Shown: one piece after another, positions 22,401 through 32,700 of the stretch
How the letters are laid out: each line of letters opens with the position of its first letter
Position numbering within the stretch: position 1 is the first letter of the stretch
Assembly (NCBI GenBank): GCA_965223485.1
Contig: OZ244993.1
Coordinates: forward strand, 8,483-72,482
Length of the DNA: 64,000 nt
DNA from: Rhodothermales bacterium
Lineage (GTDB): Bacteria > Bacteroidota > Rhodothermia > Rhodothermales > VXPQ01
Direction of reading: 5' to 3'
The notes under the pieces: generated by a model
What the model was told of the DNA's origin: nothing
Database searches by the model: none
Seen by the model: the letters and a program-made list of their open reading frames with translations, nothing else
Made by a program: the position numbers and the translations under genes

Positions 22401-25400
22401 GGGTCCGCGCATATAACGGCAAGCGCACCCTTGTTCAGCACCGTCACCGTAACCTCCGCCGAACCGGACTCCGCATTCGCTGCAGAGACGGTCAGCAGGT
22501 ACTCGTACGTTTCGTCCTCTGCAACTTCATCCGGTACATAGAATGTTGGCGAGGCGATGTCCGCCCCGCTAAGCAGATCCGTATTTGTCGTAGAGCCTAT
22601 GGCCGTCCAGGCGTATTCGTAGGCAGAGCCCGCAGGAGCCCCCGACGCCGAGCAGTCGAACGCGATGTCTGCCGATCCCTCGTACACCGAACCCGGATCC
22701 GCGCACGCGAGCGCAAGCGCACCCCGGTTCAGCACCGTCACCGTCACCTCCGCCGTTGCGGACTCCGCATTCGCCGCGCTCGCCGTAAGCAGGTACTCGT
22801 AGGTCGTCGTAGCGTCCACTTCCTCTGGTACGTAGAACATTGGAGAAGCAATGTCCGCAGCGCTCAATCGGGACGTATTTGTCGTTGAGCCTCTGGCCGT
22901 CCAGGCGTACGCATAATCGACGTTGTCCCCCGTATCCCCTGAAATCGAGCAGTCCAAAGCGAAGTCCGCCGAACCCTCGTACACCAGGGGAGGCGATGCG
23001 CAAACGAGCGCAATGGATCCGAGGTTAAGCACCTTCACCGTCACTTCCGCCGTTGCGGACTCCGCATTCTCCGCCGAAACCGTCAAAAGGTACTCGTACG
23101 TTTCGTCCTCGTCCACCTCCTCCGGTACGTCGAATGTCGGGGTGGGACCGTCCGCACCGGCAACAAGCAGATCCGTATTCGTCGTTGAGCCTCTGGCCAT
23201 CCAGGCGTATTCGTACTCGGAACCCCCGGGCGCGCCCGAAGCCGCGCAGTCCAGGGCGAAGTCCGCAGACCCCTCGTGCACCGGAGAAGGCGTCGCGCAC
23301 GCAACATACAACGCCTTCTTGTTCAGCACCGTCACGGTAACGTCGGCGCTGGCGGGATCCGCATTCGCCGCCGAGACGGTCAGTGTATACTCGTACGTCT
23401 CGTCCTCGTCCACTTGCTCCGGTACGTAGAACGTCGGAGAGGCGATCTCCGTGGCGCTCAATCGGGCCGTGTTCGCCGTACTGCCCCGCGCCGTCCATTC
23501 GTACGCGTAGTCGGAGCCAGCAGGAACGCCCGAAGCCGAGCAATCCAGAGCGAAGTCCTCCGAGCCCTCATAGACCGAAGGCGGATCCACACATACCACG
23601 CTCAAGGCGCCCCGGTTAAGCACCGTAACGGTAACGTCGGCGCTGGCGGGATCCGCATTCTCCGCTGAGACGGTCAGCGTGTACTCGTATGTCTCGTCCT
23701 CTGCAACTTCATCCGGTACATAGAATGTTGGCGAGGCGATGTCCGCCCCGCTAAGCAGATCCGTATTTGTCGTTGAGCCTATGGCCGTCCAGGCGTATTC
23801 GTAGGCAGAGCCCGCAGGAGCCCCCGATGCCGAACAGTCGAACGCGATGTCTGCCGATCCCTCGTACACCGAACCGGGGGCCGCGCATATAACGGCAAGA
23901 GCGCCCCGGTTAAGCACCGTAACGGTCACCTCAGCCGAAGCAGACTCCGCATTCTCCGCGCTCGCCGTAAGCAGGTACTCGTACGTCGTCGTCTCCTCCA
24001 ACGCATCCGGCACGTAGAACGTCGGGGAGGCGATGTCCGCAGCGCTAAGCAGATCCGTATTCGTCGTTGAGCCTATGGCCGTCCACTCGTACGTATAATC
24101 GACGTTGTCCCCCGTATCCCCTGAAATCGAGCAGTCCAGCGCAAAGTCCGCCGAACCCTCGTACACCAGGGGAGGCGATGCGCAAACGAGCGCAATGGAT
24201 CCGAGGTTAAGCACCTTCACCGTCACTTCCGCCGTTGCGGACTCCGCATTCTCCGCCGAGACGGTCAGCGTGTATTCGTACGTCTCGTCCTCGTCCACCT
24301 CCTCCGGCACGGCAAACGTCGGAGAAGCGATGTCCGCAGCGCTCAATCGGGCCGTGTTCGCCGTACCGTTGCTGGCCGTCCACTCATATTCGTAGGTGGA
24401 ACCCCCGGGAGCGCCCGAGGCCGCGCAGTCCAGGGCGAAGTCCTCCGATCCCTCGTACACCGGAGAAGGCGTCGCGCACGCAACATCCAATGTCTTCTTG
24501 TTCAGTACTTTCACCGTAACATCCTCTGTCGCGGACTCCGCATTATCGGCGCTTACCGTCAGCGTATATTCGTATGTTTCGTCGCTGTCCACCTCCTCCG
24601 GTACCTCGAACGTCGGCTTCTCAACGGTCGTACTACTCAACCTGCTCGTGTCGCCGCCGCCCTGCGCCGTCCATTCGTACGCGTAGGCGGAGCCCGCAGG
24701 AGCGCCCGACGCCGCGCAGTCCAGAGCGAAATCCTCCGATCCCTCATACACCGGAGAAGGCGTCGCGCACGCAACGCTAAGCGCTCCCTTGTTCAGTACT
24801 TTCACTGTAACGTCGGCGCTGGCGGGATCCGCATTCTCCGCCGAAACCGTCAGCAGGTATTCGTACGTTTCGTCCTCGTCCACTTCCTCCGGCACGGCAA
24901 ACGTCGGAGAAGGATCGTCCGTATTGCTTAAGAGCGACAGGTCAGGAGTCGCGCCCCGAGGCTCCCAAACGTATGTATAGATAGAACCCGCAGGCGCGCC
25001 CGAGGCCGAGCAAGCAAAAGCAAAATCGGCAGCACCCTCGTATACAGAACCCGGATCCGCGCACGTAACGGTGATAACCGGCCTCTTCAACACGGTTACG
25101 GTAACATCTTCGGTAACGTCAGCAGCCCCGCTGGCCGACAGCGTCACCGTGTAGTCGTAGTCCGTGTCCGCATCTACGTTGTCCGGCGGCGTGAACGTCG
25201 GGGCGTAACCGTCCGCGCCGCTCAACCGATTCGCGACATCCGTGCCCGTCCACGAATACGCCGCGTCCGAAGGCGCGTTCGTCACCGAACAATCCAGCGT
25301 AATATCGTCCGCGCCCTCGTACACCGAGGTATCGTTACACGTAACAAAAGGACGCGGCGCATCCGTGTGCAGCACCGTCACTGTAACCTCGGCCCTGCCG

Positions 25401-28400
25401 TCTTCCGCATTCTCGGCGCTCGCCGTTACCGTGTACGTATACGTCGTGTTTTGCGGCACATCGTAAGGCACGTCGAATGTCGGCGTTTCCGTATCGTGAT
25501 TCTCAAGACGAGTAGTTGGAGACCATGACCACGTATACTGCGGATCGTCCCCCGGAGCACCCGACGCCGAGCACTCCAGTTCAATGTCGGCCGAACCCTC
25601 GTACACGGGATCGGGATCCGCGCACGTAACAGCGATTGCAGGCCTTGGCAGCACTCTTATCGTAATATCCTGGCTCGCGTACAAGTCTAACGTTAGCGGC
25701 GCACATCCCCCAGGACATCGGCCTCTCCAAACCCCCAGAGTGTACTTGTAGGTCGTAGGGCTATTCACTGTTGCAGGCATGCGGAACGTCCTCGACCCGT
25801 ATCCGGTCCCGGTCAATCCCTGCGGCCTCGGCACCCCCGGTGGCCAGCCGCTCGCGGAGATGGTATGGGGAAAGCCATCGGCGCTCCAGCGCGCCCACAA
25901 CCACCGGAAGACGCCACTACCAACCGGCCTGCTCGAGAACTCACAACTCAATTCAATGTCGTCCGATCCGGCGTACCTTTCAAAATAGGTTCCGTTACAA
26001 ACCATCTCGCCGGGAAGACCCGTGTCGAGCACCGTCACCGTCACCTCTTCCGTTGCCGATTCCGCGTTCTCCGCCGAGACGGTCAGCCTGTACTCGTACG
26101 TCACGTTTCTCGTAATAAAGGGCGGCGCTCTGAAGGTAGGCGAAGAAATGTCCGTCGCGCTAAGGCGCTGAATGTGCCAATTGTCCGGCGGACTCCCCCG
26201 GGCCGTCCAGACATAGTCGTAGGCGGAACCCGAAGGCGCGCCCGACGCCGAGCAGTCCAGCGTGGTATACCCCGAACCCTCGTACACCTCGTACGGATTG
26301 CCGGCGCAATCTACGTCGATCGCAGGCTTGTTCAGTACGGTTACCGTAACGTCTTCGCTGGCCTGCTCGACGCCGGCGGCCGACAGCGTCACCGTGTAAT
26401 CGTAGTCCGTGTTTGCACTTACACTAACCGGCACGGCAAATGTCGGAGTGAGACTACTCGTGTCCGTCAACCGATCGGCGACGTCCGTGCCCGTCCAACT
26501 GTACGCAGCATCCGACGGCGCGTTCGTCACCGTACAGTCCAGCGTAAAACCGGCCGCACCCTCGTAGACCTCGGAATCATTGCAGGTGATGGAGGGAGGA
26601 GGCGCCGTATCCGTGTCGAGCACCGTCACCGTAACGTTGGCGGTCTCATCGTCCGCATTCTCCGCCGTAGCCGTCACCGCGTACGTATACGTCGTGTCTT
26701 GCTCTACACTGCCAGGTACAGCGAACGTGGGCGTACCCGTATCGTGATCCGTAAGACGGGTATTCGGAGACCATGACCACGTATATGAAGAGCCCCTCGG
26801 AGCCCCCGACGCCTCGCACTCCAGTTCAATGTCGGCCGATCCCTCGTACACCTCGTAGGAGCTTTCGCACATGACCGTTATATCTATGTCCCACACTATC
26901 AGATCAACCCACGCTACAGCGTCATCCGCGTTCGCGGCGCTCACGGTCAGCGTATACGAGTACCTCTCGTCCTCGTCCACCGCATCCGGTACGTCAAACG
27001 TCGGAACTTCTATGTCCGCCGCGCTGAGCAGCGCCGTATCCGGCGTACCGTTCCGAGCCGTCCATGCGTACGTGTAACCGACAGGCCCTCCTTCCCATCC
27101 GCTTGCACAAGCGCGTAGTGGATAATCCCGGCTGCCTTCAACAAGACCTAATGTTGTTAGAAAATGGCTTAACATTCCGGGTACTGACGGGCAATAGATA
27201 TCCGGCTTCTCCAATACCGTTACGGTAACGTCTTCGCTGGCCTGCTCGACGCCGCCGACCGTCATCGTCACCGTGTAGTAATAGTCCTTATCCGCCTCGT
27301 CCGGCTCGTCGATATCGCCCGGCGCCGAAAATGTGGGAGTAATGCCGTCCGTACCGCTCAACCGATCGGCGACGTCCGTGCCCGTCCAGCTGTACGCAGC
27401 ATCCGACGGCGCGTTCGTCACCGAACAGTCCAGCGTAATATCGTCCGCACCCTCGTACACCTCGCTATCTGCGCATGTAAGCGAAAGGGGCGCCTTTATC
27501 TGAATCTGCACCGAAGCGTCGTCCGCGTTCTCTGCGCTCACTGTCAGCATATACGAGTAATACGAGTACGTCCCGATGACGAGGTCGCTCTCTACCTCGT
27601 CCGGCACGTAAAACGTCGGAACTTCTATGTTCGCCGCGCTAAGCAGGTCGGTGTTCGCCGTGCCGAGGGAGGACAAAGCCGTCCATGCGTACGCGTAAAC
27701 GGCGCCAGCGCCCGGGGCGCCTGTCCATACACCGTACGGACAAAAGCGTAATGGAAACTCCCGGGTACTTTCATGCAAGGTGAATACAATTACTACTCTT
27801 CTCGGTGCAGAACAATAGATATCCGGCTTCTCCAGCACGGTCACCATAACGTCCTCGCTGGCCTGCTCGACGCCTCCGGCGGTCATCGTCACCGTATACT
27901 CGTAGTCCTTATTCGCACCGTCCACCTCATCGATATCGCCCGGCGGCGCGAACGTCGGTTGCAGAATAGTCGTACTGCTCAGGTCGTTCGTATTCGATGT
28001 ACTGCCCCGCACCGCCCACGCGTACGTAGCGCCCGTCGGCTCGTTCGCCACCGAACAGTCCAGCGTGAAATTGCCCGTGCCTTCGTACGCCTCCGCATCC
28101 GAACAGGTAATGGAGGGAGGAGGCGCCGTATCCGTGTCGAGCACCGTCACCCTAACCTCGGCAGCGCCGTCGTCTGCATTCTCCGCGCTCGCCGTTACCG
28201 TGTACGTCCAGGTCGTATTCCGGTCTACATCGTCCGGCGCGTCGAACGTGGGCGTAGCCGTATTGCGACCCGTCAGATTGTCGGTCGGAGACCATGACCA
28301 CGTATAGTCCGGATCGTCCCCCGGAGCGCCGGACACCGTGCAATCCAGATCGAAATCCGCATCACCCTCGTCCACCTCGTACGGATCGCCGGCGCAATCT

Positions 28401-29752
28401 ACGTCGATCGCAGGCTTGTTCAGCACGGTTATCCTGACATCGTCGCTGGCAAACAGGCTGTAAGGATCAGGCCCCCCCGGCGATGTCCAGATTGCTATCG
28501 TGTACTCGTAGATCTCGTCCGCATCCACCGAATCAGGTGCATCGAAAATTGCGTCATATCCCCTATGCCTCAGCTTTGGAGTCGAAGACGCATCTTGCGG
28601 CGGAGCAACCTGCTCGCCGAGACGCGACCATCTCAGCCATACGTTCACATTAAACGGCCCATTCCCATCGCAGTCCAACAAAAGGTCCTCCGCTCCCTCG
28701 TACACACTGTAGGGGCTATCGTCACAAGTGACGCCAGCCGAAGAATCCGCATCGCCAACCGCCTCGCCTCCGCTGACCCTGACCGTCACTCTTCTGCGCG
28801 CCGTGCGGGGCGTCCCCGAAGCCTGCGACGTCATGCTCGCTATGTAATGGTACTCCTCGCCCGCACTGCCGGCAGGAGCCGTAAACAGCGCAGACGACAG
28901 GTCCGTCGCATCCAGAAGCGACGTGCTCGCACCCCAAAGACCCTCCCACTCCCACAATATCGACGCCCCGTCCTCGTCGTAGTCCATACGATGCGACAAC
29001 GGATCCGCCCCCTCGCAATCGAGCGAAACCGTCTCGCCCTCCTCAACCGCTACCTCCAGGGGACAATACACGCTCGGACGACTGCCCGATACGTACACCT
29101 CCACTTCCCGCCACGACGAAAGACCCGTAGCACGAGACGTCGCCGTCAAGCGGTACCGGTAAAGAAACGTCGTCTCCCCCGAATAAAACGACTCCAGCGT
29201 CTCGTACGCCGGAATCTCCGGAGCCACTACCGACGGGTTCGGCGCATCCTCGGGTATCAAACGAGGATTGTCCAGGTAGTCCCGCGTCGTACTTCCTGCA
29301 GGCTCCCACGAATATTCGAGATACTCCTCTCCCGAAGCGTCCCATGCATGACACTCGACCTGTCCCGTCTCGAGCTCCTCCAGAAAAATAGCCGCGGGAC
29401 ACTCCAGACGAGGAGGCGTCCGCCAGGCAGGACCGGAAGGCTCGCCCGGGCGCGCTTCTGCTTCCGGACCGAATCCGAAAGGATCCGGCGTCTTCTCCCG
29501 AGGCGCGCAGCTTTCCCCGAACTCGTCGGGAACCGTAAAAGGATCGCACTCCCGCACAACGGGCGCCTTCGCCGATTCCTCCGCAACGCCGCCCTTTACC
29601 GGAAAACCCTCTTCCCGGATAACCTGACCCTGCGCCGAAGAAACGCAGAGCAGCCCCGCAACGGCAAGCACGCACGCCAGGCGCCGAAACGCGATGGCGT
29701 TGCAGAAACTGCGATCGCCGTCAAACAGGATAACGGGGCGGGGATCGTTCAT
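19490..29752 (-). CDS. Giant secreted Ig/PKD-like repeat protein, paralog 3 (longest)
   Basis: ORF 19490-29914. Likely start is the ATG at 29752 (MNDPRPV...). Same architecture, roughly 28 repeats. Confidence 0.88.
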   Translation of the reverse strand: MNDPRPVILFDGDRSFCNAIAFRRLACVLAVAGLLCVSSAQGQVIREEGFPVKGGVAEESAKAPVVRECDPFTVPDEFGESCAPREKTPDPFGFGPEAEARPGEPSGPAWRTPPRLECPAAIFLEELETGQVECHAWDASGEEYLEYSWEPAGSTTRDYLDNPRLIPEDAPNPSVVAPEIPAYETLESFYSGETTFLYRYRLTATSRATGLSSWREVEVYVSGSRPSVYCPLEVAVEEGETVSLDCEGADPLSHRMDYDEDGASILWEWEGLWGASTSLLDATDLSSALFTAPAGSAGEEYHYIASMTSQASGTPRTARRRVTVRVSGGEAVGDADSSAGVTCDDSPYSVYEGAEDLLLDCDGNGPFNVNVWLRWSRLGEQVAPPQDASSTPKLRHRGYDAIFDAPDSVDADEIYEYTIAIWTSPGGPDPYSLFASDDVRITVLNKPAIDVDCAGDPYEVDEGDADFDLDCTVSGAPGDDPDYTWSWSPTDNLTGRNTATPTFDAPDDVDRNTTWTYTVTASAENADDGAAEVRVTVLDTDTAPPPSITCSDAEAYEGTGNFTLDCSVANEPTGATYAWAVRGSTSNTNDLSSTTILQPTFAPPGDIDEVDGANKDYEYTVTMTAGGVEQASEDVMVTVLEKPDIYCSAPRRVVIVFTLHESTREFPLRFCPYGVWTGAPGAGAVYAYAWTALSSLGTANTDLLSAANIEVPTFYVPDEVESDLVIGTYSYYSYMLTVSAENADDASVQIQIKAPLSLTCADSEVYEGADDITLDCSVTNAPSDAAYSWTGTDVADRLSGTDGITPTFSAPGDIDEPDEADKDYYYTVTMTVGGVEQASEDVTVTVLEKPDIYCPSVPGMLSHFLTTLGLVEGSRDYPLRACASGWEGGPVGYTYAWTARNGTPDTALLSAADIEVPTFDVPDAVDEDERYSYTLTVSAANADDAVAWVDLIVWDIDITVMCESSYEVYEGSADIELECEASGAPRGSSYTWSWSPNTRLTDHDTGTPTFAVPGSVEQDTTYTYAVTATAENADDETANVTVTVLDTDTAPPPSITCNDSEVYEGAAGFTLDCTVTNAPSDAAYSWTGTDVADRLTDTSSLTPTFAVPVSVSANTDYDYTVTLSAAGVEQASEDVTVTVLNKPAIDVDCAGNPYEVYEGSGYTTLDCSASGAPSGSAYDYVWTARGSPPDNWHIQRLSATDISSPTFRAPPFITRNVTYEYRLTVSAENAESATEEVTVTVLDTGLPGEMVCNGTYFERYAGSDDIELSCEFSSRPVGSGVFRWLWARWSADGFPHTISASGWPPGVPRPQGLTGTGYGSRTFRMPATVNSPTTYKYTLGVWRGRCPGGCAPLTLDLYASQDITIRVLPRPAIAVTCADPDPVYEGSADIELECSASGAPGDDPQYTWSWSPTTRLENHDTETPTFDVPYDVPQNTTYTYTVTASAENAEDGRAEVTVTVLHTDAPRPFVTCNDTSVYEGADDITLDCSVTNAPSDAAYSWTGTDVANRLSGADGYAPTFTPPDNVDADTDYDYTVTLSASGAADVTEDVTVTVLKRPVITVTCADPGSVYEGAADFAFACSASGAPAGSIYTYVWEPRGATPDLSLLSNTDDPSPTFAVPEEVDEDETYEYLLTVSAENADPASADVTVKVLNKGALSVACATPSPVYEGSEDFALDCAASGAPAGSAYAYEWTAQGGGDTSRLSSTTVEKPTFEVPEEVDSDETYEYTLTVSADNAESATEDVTVKVLNKKTLDVACATPSPVYEGSEDFALDCAASGAPGGSTYEYEWTASNGTANTARLSAADIASPTFAVPEEVDEDETYEYTLTVSAENAESATAEVTVKVLNLGSIALVCASPPLVYEGSADFALDCSISGDTGDNVDYTYEWTAIGSTTNTDLLSAADIASPTFYVPDALEETTTYEYLLTASAENAESASAEVTVTVLNRGALAVICAAPGSVYEGSADIAFDCSASGAPAGSAYEYAWTAIGSTTNTDLLSGADIASPTFYVPDEVAEDETYEYTLTVSAENADPASADVTVTVLNRGALSVVCVDPPSVYEGSEDFALDCSASGVPAGSDYAYEWTARGSTANTARLSATEIASPTFYVPEQVDEDETYEYTLTVSAANADPASADVTVTVLNKKALYVACATPSPVHEGSADFALDCAASGAPGGSEYEYAWMARGSTTNTDLLVAGADGPTPTFDVPEEVDEDETYEYLLTVSAENAESATAEVTVKVLNLGSIALVCASPPLVYEGSADFALDCSISGDTGDNVDYAYAWTARGSTTNTSRLSAADIASPMFYVPEEVDATTTYEYLLTASAANAESATAEVTVTVLNRGALALACADPGSVYEGSADIAFDCSASGAPAGSAYEYAWTAIGSTTNTDLLSGADIASPTFYVPDEVAEDETYEYLLTVSAANAESGSAEVTVTVLNKGALAVICADPGSVYEGSENFALDCSASGAPAGSAYEYAWTAIGSTTNTDLLSGADIASPTFAVPDALDETTTYEYLLTVSAANAESASAEVTVTVLNRGALAVICANPGSVYEGSENFALDCSASGAPAGSAYEYAWTAIGATTNTDLLSGVDIASPTFYVPDALDETTTYEYLLTVSAENAEDASADVTVTVLNVGALRVVCAMPSPVYEGSEDIAFDCSASGAPGDDPEYTYAWTARGDTPDTALLSAADGPTPTFDVPDEVDETTRYEYLLTVSAENAEDATAEVTVTVLNSGALAVICADPGSVYEGSADIAFDCSASGAPGDNPQYTYAWAARGDTPDTALLSAGDTASPTFYVPEEVEEDETYEYLLTVSAENVEDATAEVTVTVLNKGALALACADPGSVYEGSEDVTFDCSASGAPGDDPQYTYAWTARGDTPDTSLLSAGDTASPTFHVPEEVEEDETYEYLLTVSAANAKDAAADVTVTVLDRIRTPAPDPVSPPAEEPPADPLPAVAESSSRAPSDPSALGVTVSASSLRFGVQSSQTEASLDPLTDQISTRVSGPYHAGRMTLSPGGGASFDENGEMDLSIEVIAPVLLKREGAAGPSSLVLSPSWSFAESCEQLSSQAIGGLYTEATLTEGACRLLRFGGELDLTDAPSGRYAGAMDIVLRSGEREETHSVEVEVTVVPSQRVITIGPGGVRFSTSREVPAGLTEDQSLSIYPDVAFLTEGKPNGAFELSNPSLIPLEVSVSARFGYTEATENGREVVIESPDGSRLGDLSKVVDIHPGVLVLMPGEKGLVRYGVKEGALAAMSEKGYAAFFDVVSSPRQYVRSDRMPEEVTGERTARVTMRVPGVYVPGEGASQLRARLLSLSYGVSMSATFLLETQDRPFAGEVVAYDGQGRELGRRETLVYTRSRVRVPLDRMPEEEVVFLRFAPWGSSRVPEPTSVEWNAPGRDIGAAGEKEGRTTPKSALQ

Positions 29753-29796
29753 CGGATCGGCCTTACATGGCGATCGACTCTGAGATATCCAACGGT

Positions 29797-32700
29797 TCAT
29801 TGCAATGCGCTCTTCGGGATTGTTCTCCGTTCTTTGTCCCCGGCGGCGCCTATGTCTCTTCCCGGCGCATTCCACGGAATGTTCACCGGATCGGGCACGC
29901 GGCCCGGCCCCCAAGGCGCAAATCGTAAAAACACCACCTCTTCCTCAGGCATGCGGTCCAGAGGCACGCGCACCCGGCTGCGCGTGTACACCAGCGTCTC
30001 CCGGCGGCCCAGCTCGCGGCCCTGCCCGTCGTACGCCACCACCTCGCCCGCAAAAGGACGATCCTGCGTCTCCAGCAAAAACGTCGCGGACATGGAAACC
30101 CCATACGACAACGACAACAGCGTCGCGCGTAGCTGAGACGCCCCTTCCCCGGGTACGTACACCCCCGGAACGCGCATCGTCACGCGAGCCGTCCTCTCTC
30201 CCGTAACCTCCTCAGGCATACGGTCCGAACGCACGTACTGACGAGGAGATGACACCACATCGAAAAACGCCGCATAGCCCTTCTCCGCCATAGCCGCAAG
30301 CGCTCCCTCCTGCACCCCGTAACGGACAAGGCCCTTCTCACCAGGCTGCAATACCACAACCGCCGGATGTATGTCCACCACCTGGGACAAATCGCCCAGG
30401 CGTGAGTCCGAAGCATCCTCTACCACCACCTCCCGGCCGTCCCTTGTCGCCTCCGTATACCCGAAACGCGCCGACACCGATACCTCCAATGGCACCAGCG
30501 ACGGGTTCGACAACTCGAACACGCCGTGAGGCTTCCCTTCCGTCAAAAACGCAACGTCGGGGTAGATGCTCAGGTTCTGCTCCTCCGTCAAGCCCGCAGC
30601 AAGCTCCCGCGACGTGCTGAAGCGAACCCCTCCGGGACCTATCGTGATCACGCGCTGCGAAGGAACGACCGTCACTTCGACCTCGACCGAGTGCGTCTCT
30701 TCGCTCTCGCCCGAACGAAGAACGATGTCCATACTCCCCGCATACCGCCCCGAAGGCGCGCCCGTAAGGTCCAGTTCGCCTCCGAAGCGAAGAAGGCGGC
30801 AGGCGCCCTCCGCAAGCGTCGCCTCCGTATACAGGCTGCCTATCGCCTGAGAAGAAAGCTGCTCGCACGACTCCGCAAAGGACCAGGAAGGAGAAAGAAC
30901 GAGCGAAGACGGCTCGGCAGCGCCCTCACGCTTCAGAAGAACCGGAGAGACAACCTCTATGGACAGGTCCATCTCCCCGTTCTCGTCGAACGATGCGCCG
31001 CCGCCCGGCGAAAGCGTCATACGGCCTGCATGGTACGGACCCGATACGCGCGTCGATATCTGATCCGTCATCGGATCGAGCGACGCCCGCGTCTGCGCCG
31101 ACTGCACCCCGAAACGCAAGGACGATGCGCTTACCGTTACGCCAAGGGCCGTCGGATCCGAAGGCGCCCGTGAGGAAGACCCCGCTACGGGAGGCTCTTC
31201 TGCGGGAGGCGAAACAGGATCCGGGGCAGGCGTCCGTATCCTGTCGAGCACCGTTACGGTTACCTCTGCCGCAGCGTCTTCCGCATTCGCCGCCGATACC
31301 GTCAGCGTGTACTCGTACGTCTCGTCTTCTTCCACCTCTTCCGGCACATAGAACGTCGGAGAAGGTATGTCCACAGCGCTGAGCAGCGACGTATCCGGCG
31401 TATCGCCCCGAGCCGTCCAGGCGTACGTATACTGCGGGTCGTCGCCCGGAGCCCCGGACGCCGAGCAGTCGAACGCAATGTCCGCAGAGCCCTCGTACAC
31501 CGGAGAAGGCGTCGCGCACGCAATGCTAAGCGCCCCCTTGTTCAGCACCGTCACCGAAACCTCTGCCGCAGCGTCTTCCGCGTTGTCGGCGCTCGCCGTA
31601 AGCAGGTATTCGTAGGTCTCGTCCTCGTCCACTTCGTCCGGTACCGCGAACGTCGGAGTAGGGCCGTCTGTGCCACTGATTAGTAGATCCGTGTTTGCCG
31701 TGCTGCCCCGAGCCGTCCAGGCGTACGTATACTGCGGATCATCGCCCGGAGCCCCGGACGCCGAGCAGTCGAACGCGATGTCTGCCGATCCCTCGTATAC
31801 CGAACCGGGGTCCGCGCACACGAGCGCAAGCGCCTCCTTGTTCAGCACCGTTACGGTAACGTCCTCTGTCACAAACTCCGCATTGTCGGCGCTTACCGTC
31901 AGCGTGTATTCGTAGGTCTCGTCCTCGTCTACCTCATCCGGTACGTAGAACATCGGGGAGGAAACGTCCACAGCGCTGAGCAGCGACGTATCCGGCGTAT
32001 CGCCCCGAGCCGTCCAGGCGTACGTATACTGCGGATCATCGCCCGGAGCCCCGGACGCCGAGCAGTCGAACGCGAAGTCCGCAGAGCCCTCGTACACCGG
32101 AGAAGGCGTCGCGCACGCAATGCTAAGCGCCCCCTTGTTCAGCACCGTCACCGAAACCTCTGCCGCAGCGTCTTCCGCGTTGTCGGCGCTCGCCGTAAGC
32201 AGGTATTCGTAGGTCTCGTCCTCGTCCACTTCGTCCGGTACCGCGAACGTCGGGGACGCAATGTCCGCAGCGCTGAGCAGAGCCGTATCCGGCGTATCGC
32301 CCCGAGCCGTCCAGGCGTACGTATACTGCGGATCATCGCCCGGAGCCCCGGACGCCGAGCAGTCGAACGCAATGTCTGCCGAGCCTTCGTATACAGAACC
32401 GGGATCCGCGCACACGAGCGCAAGCGCCTCCTTGTTCAGCACCGTTACGGTAACGTCCTCTGTCACAAACTCCGCATTGTCGGCGCTTACCGTCAGCGTG
32501 TATTCGTACGTCTCGTCCTCGTCTACCTCATCCGGTACGTAGAACATCGGGGAGGAAACGTCCACAGCGCTGAGCAGCGACGTATCCGGCGTATCCCCCC
32601 GAGCCGTCCAGGCGTACGTATACTGCGGGTCGTCGCCCGGAGCCCCGGACACCGAGCAGTCGAACGTGATATCTTCCGATCCCTCGTACACCAAGGGAGG

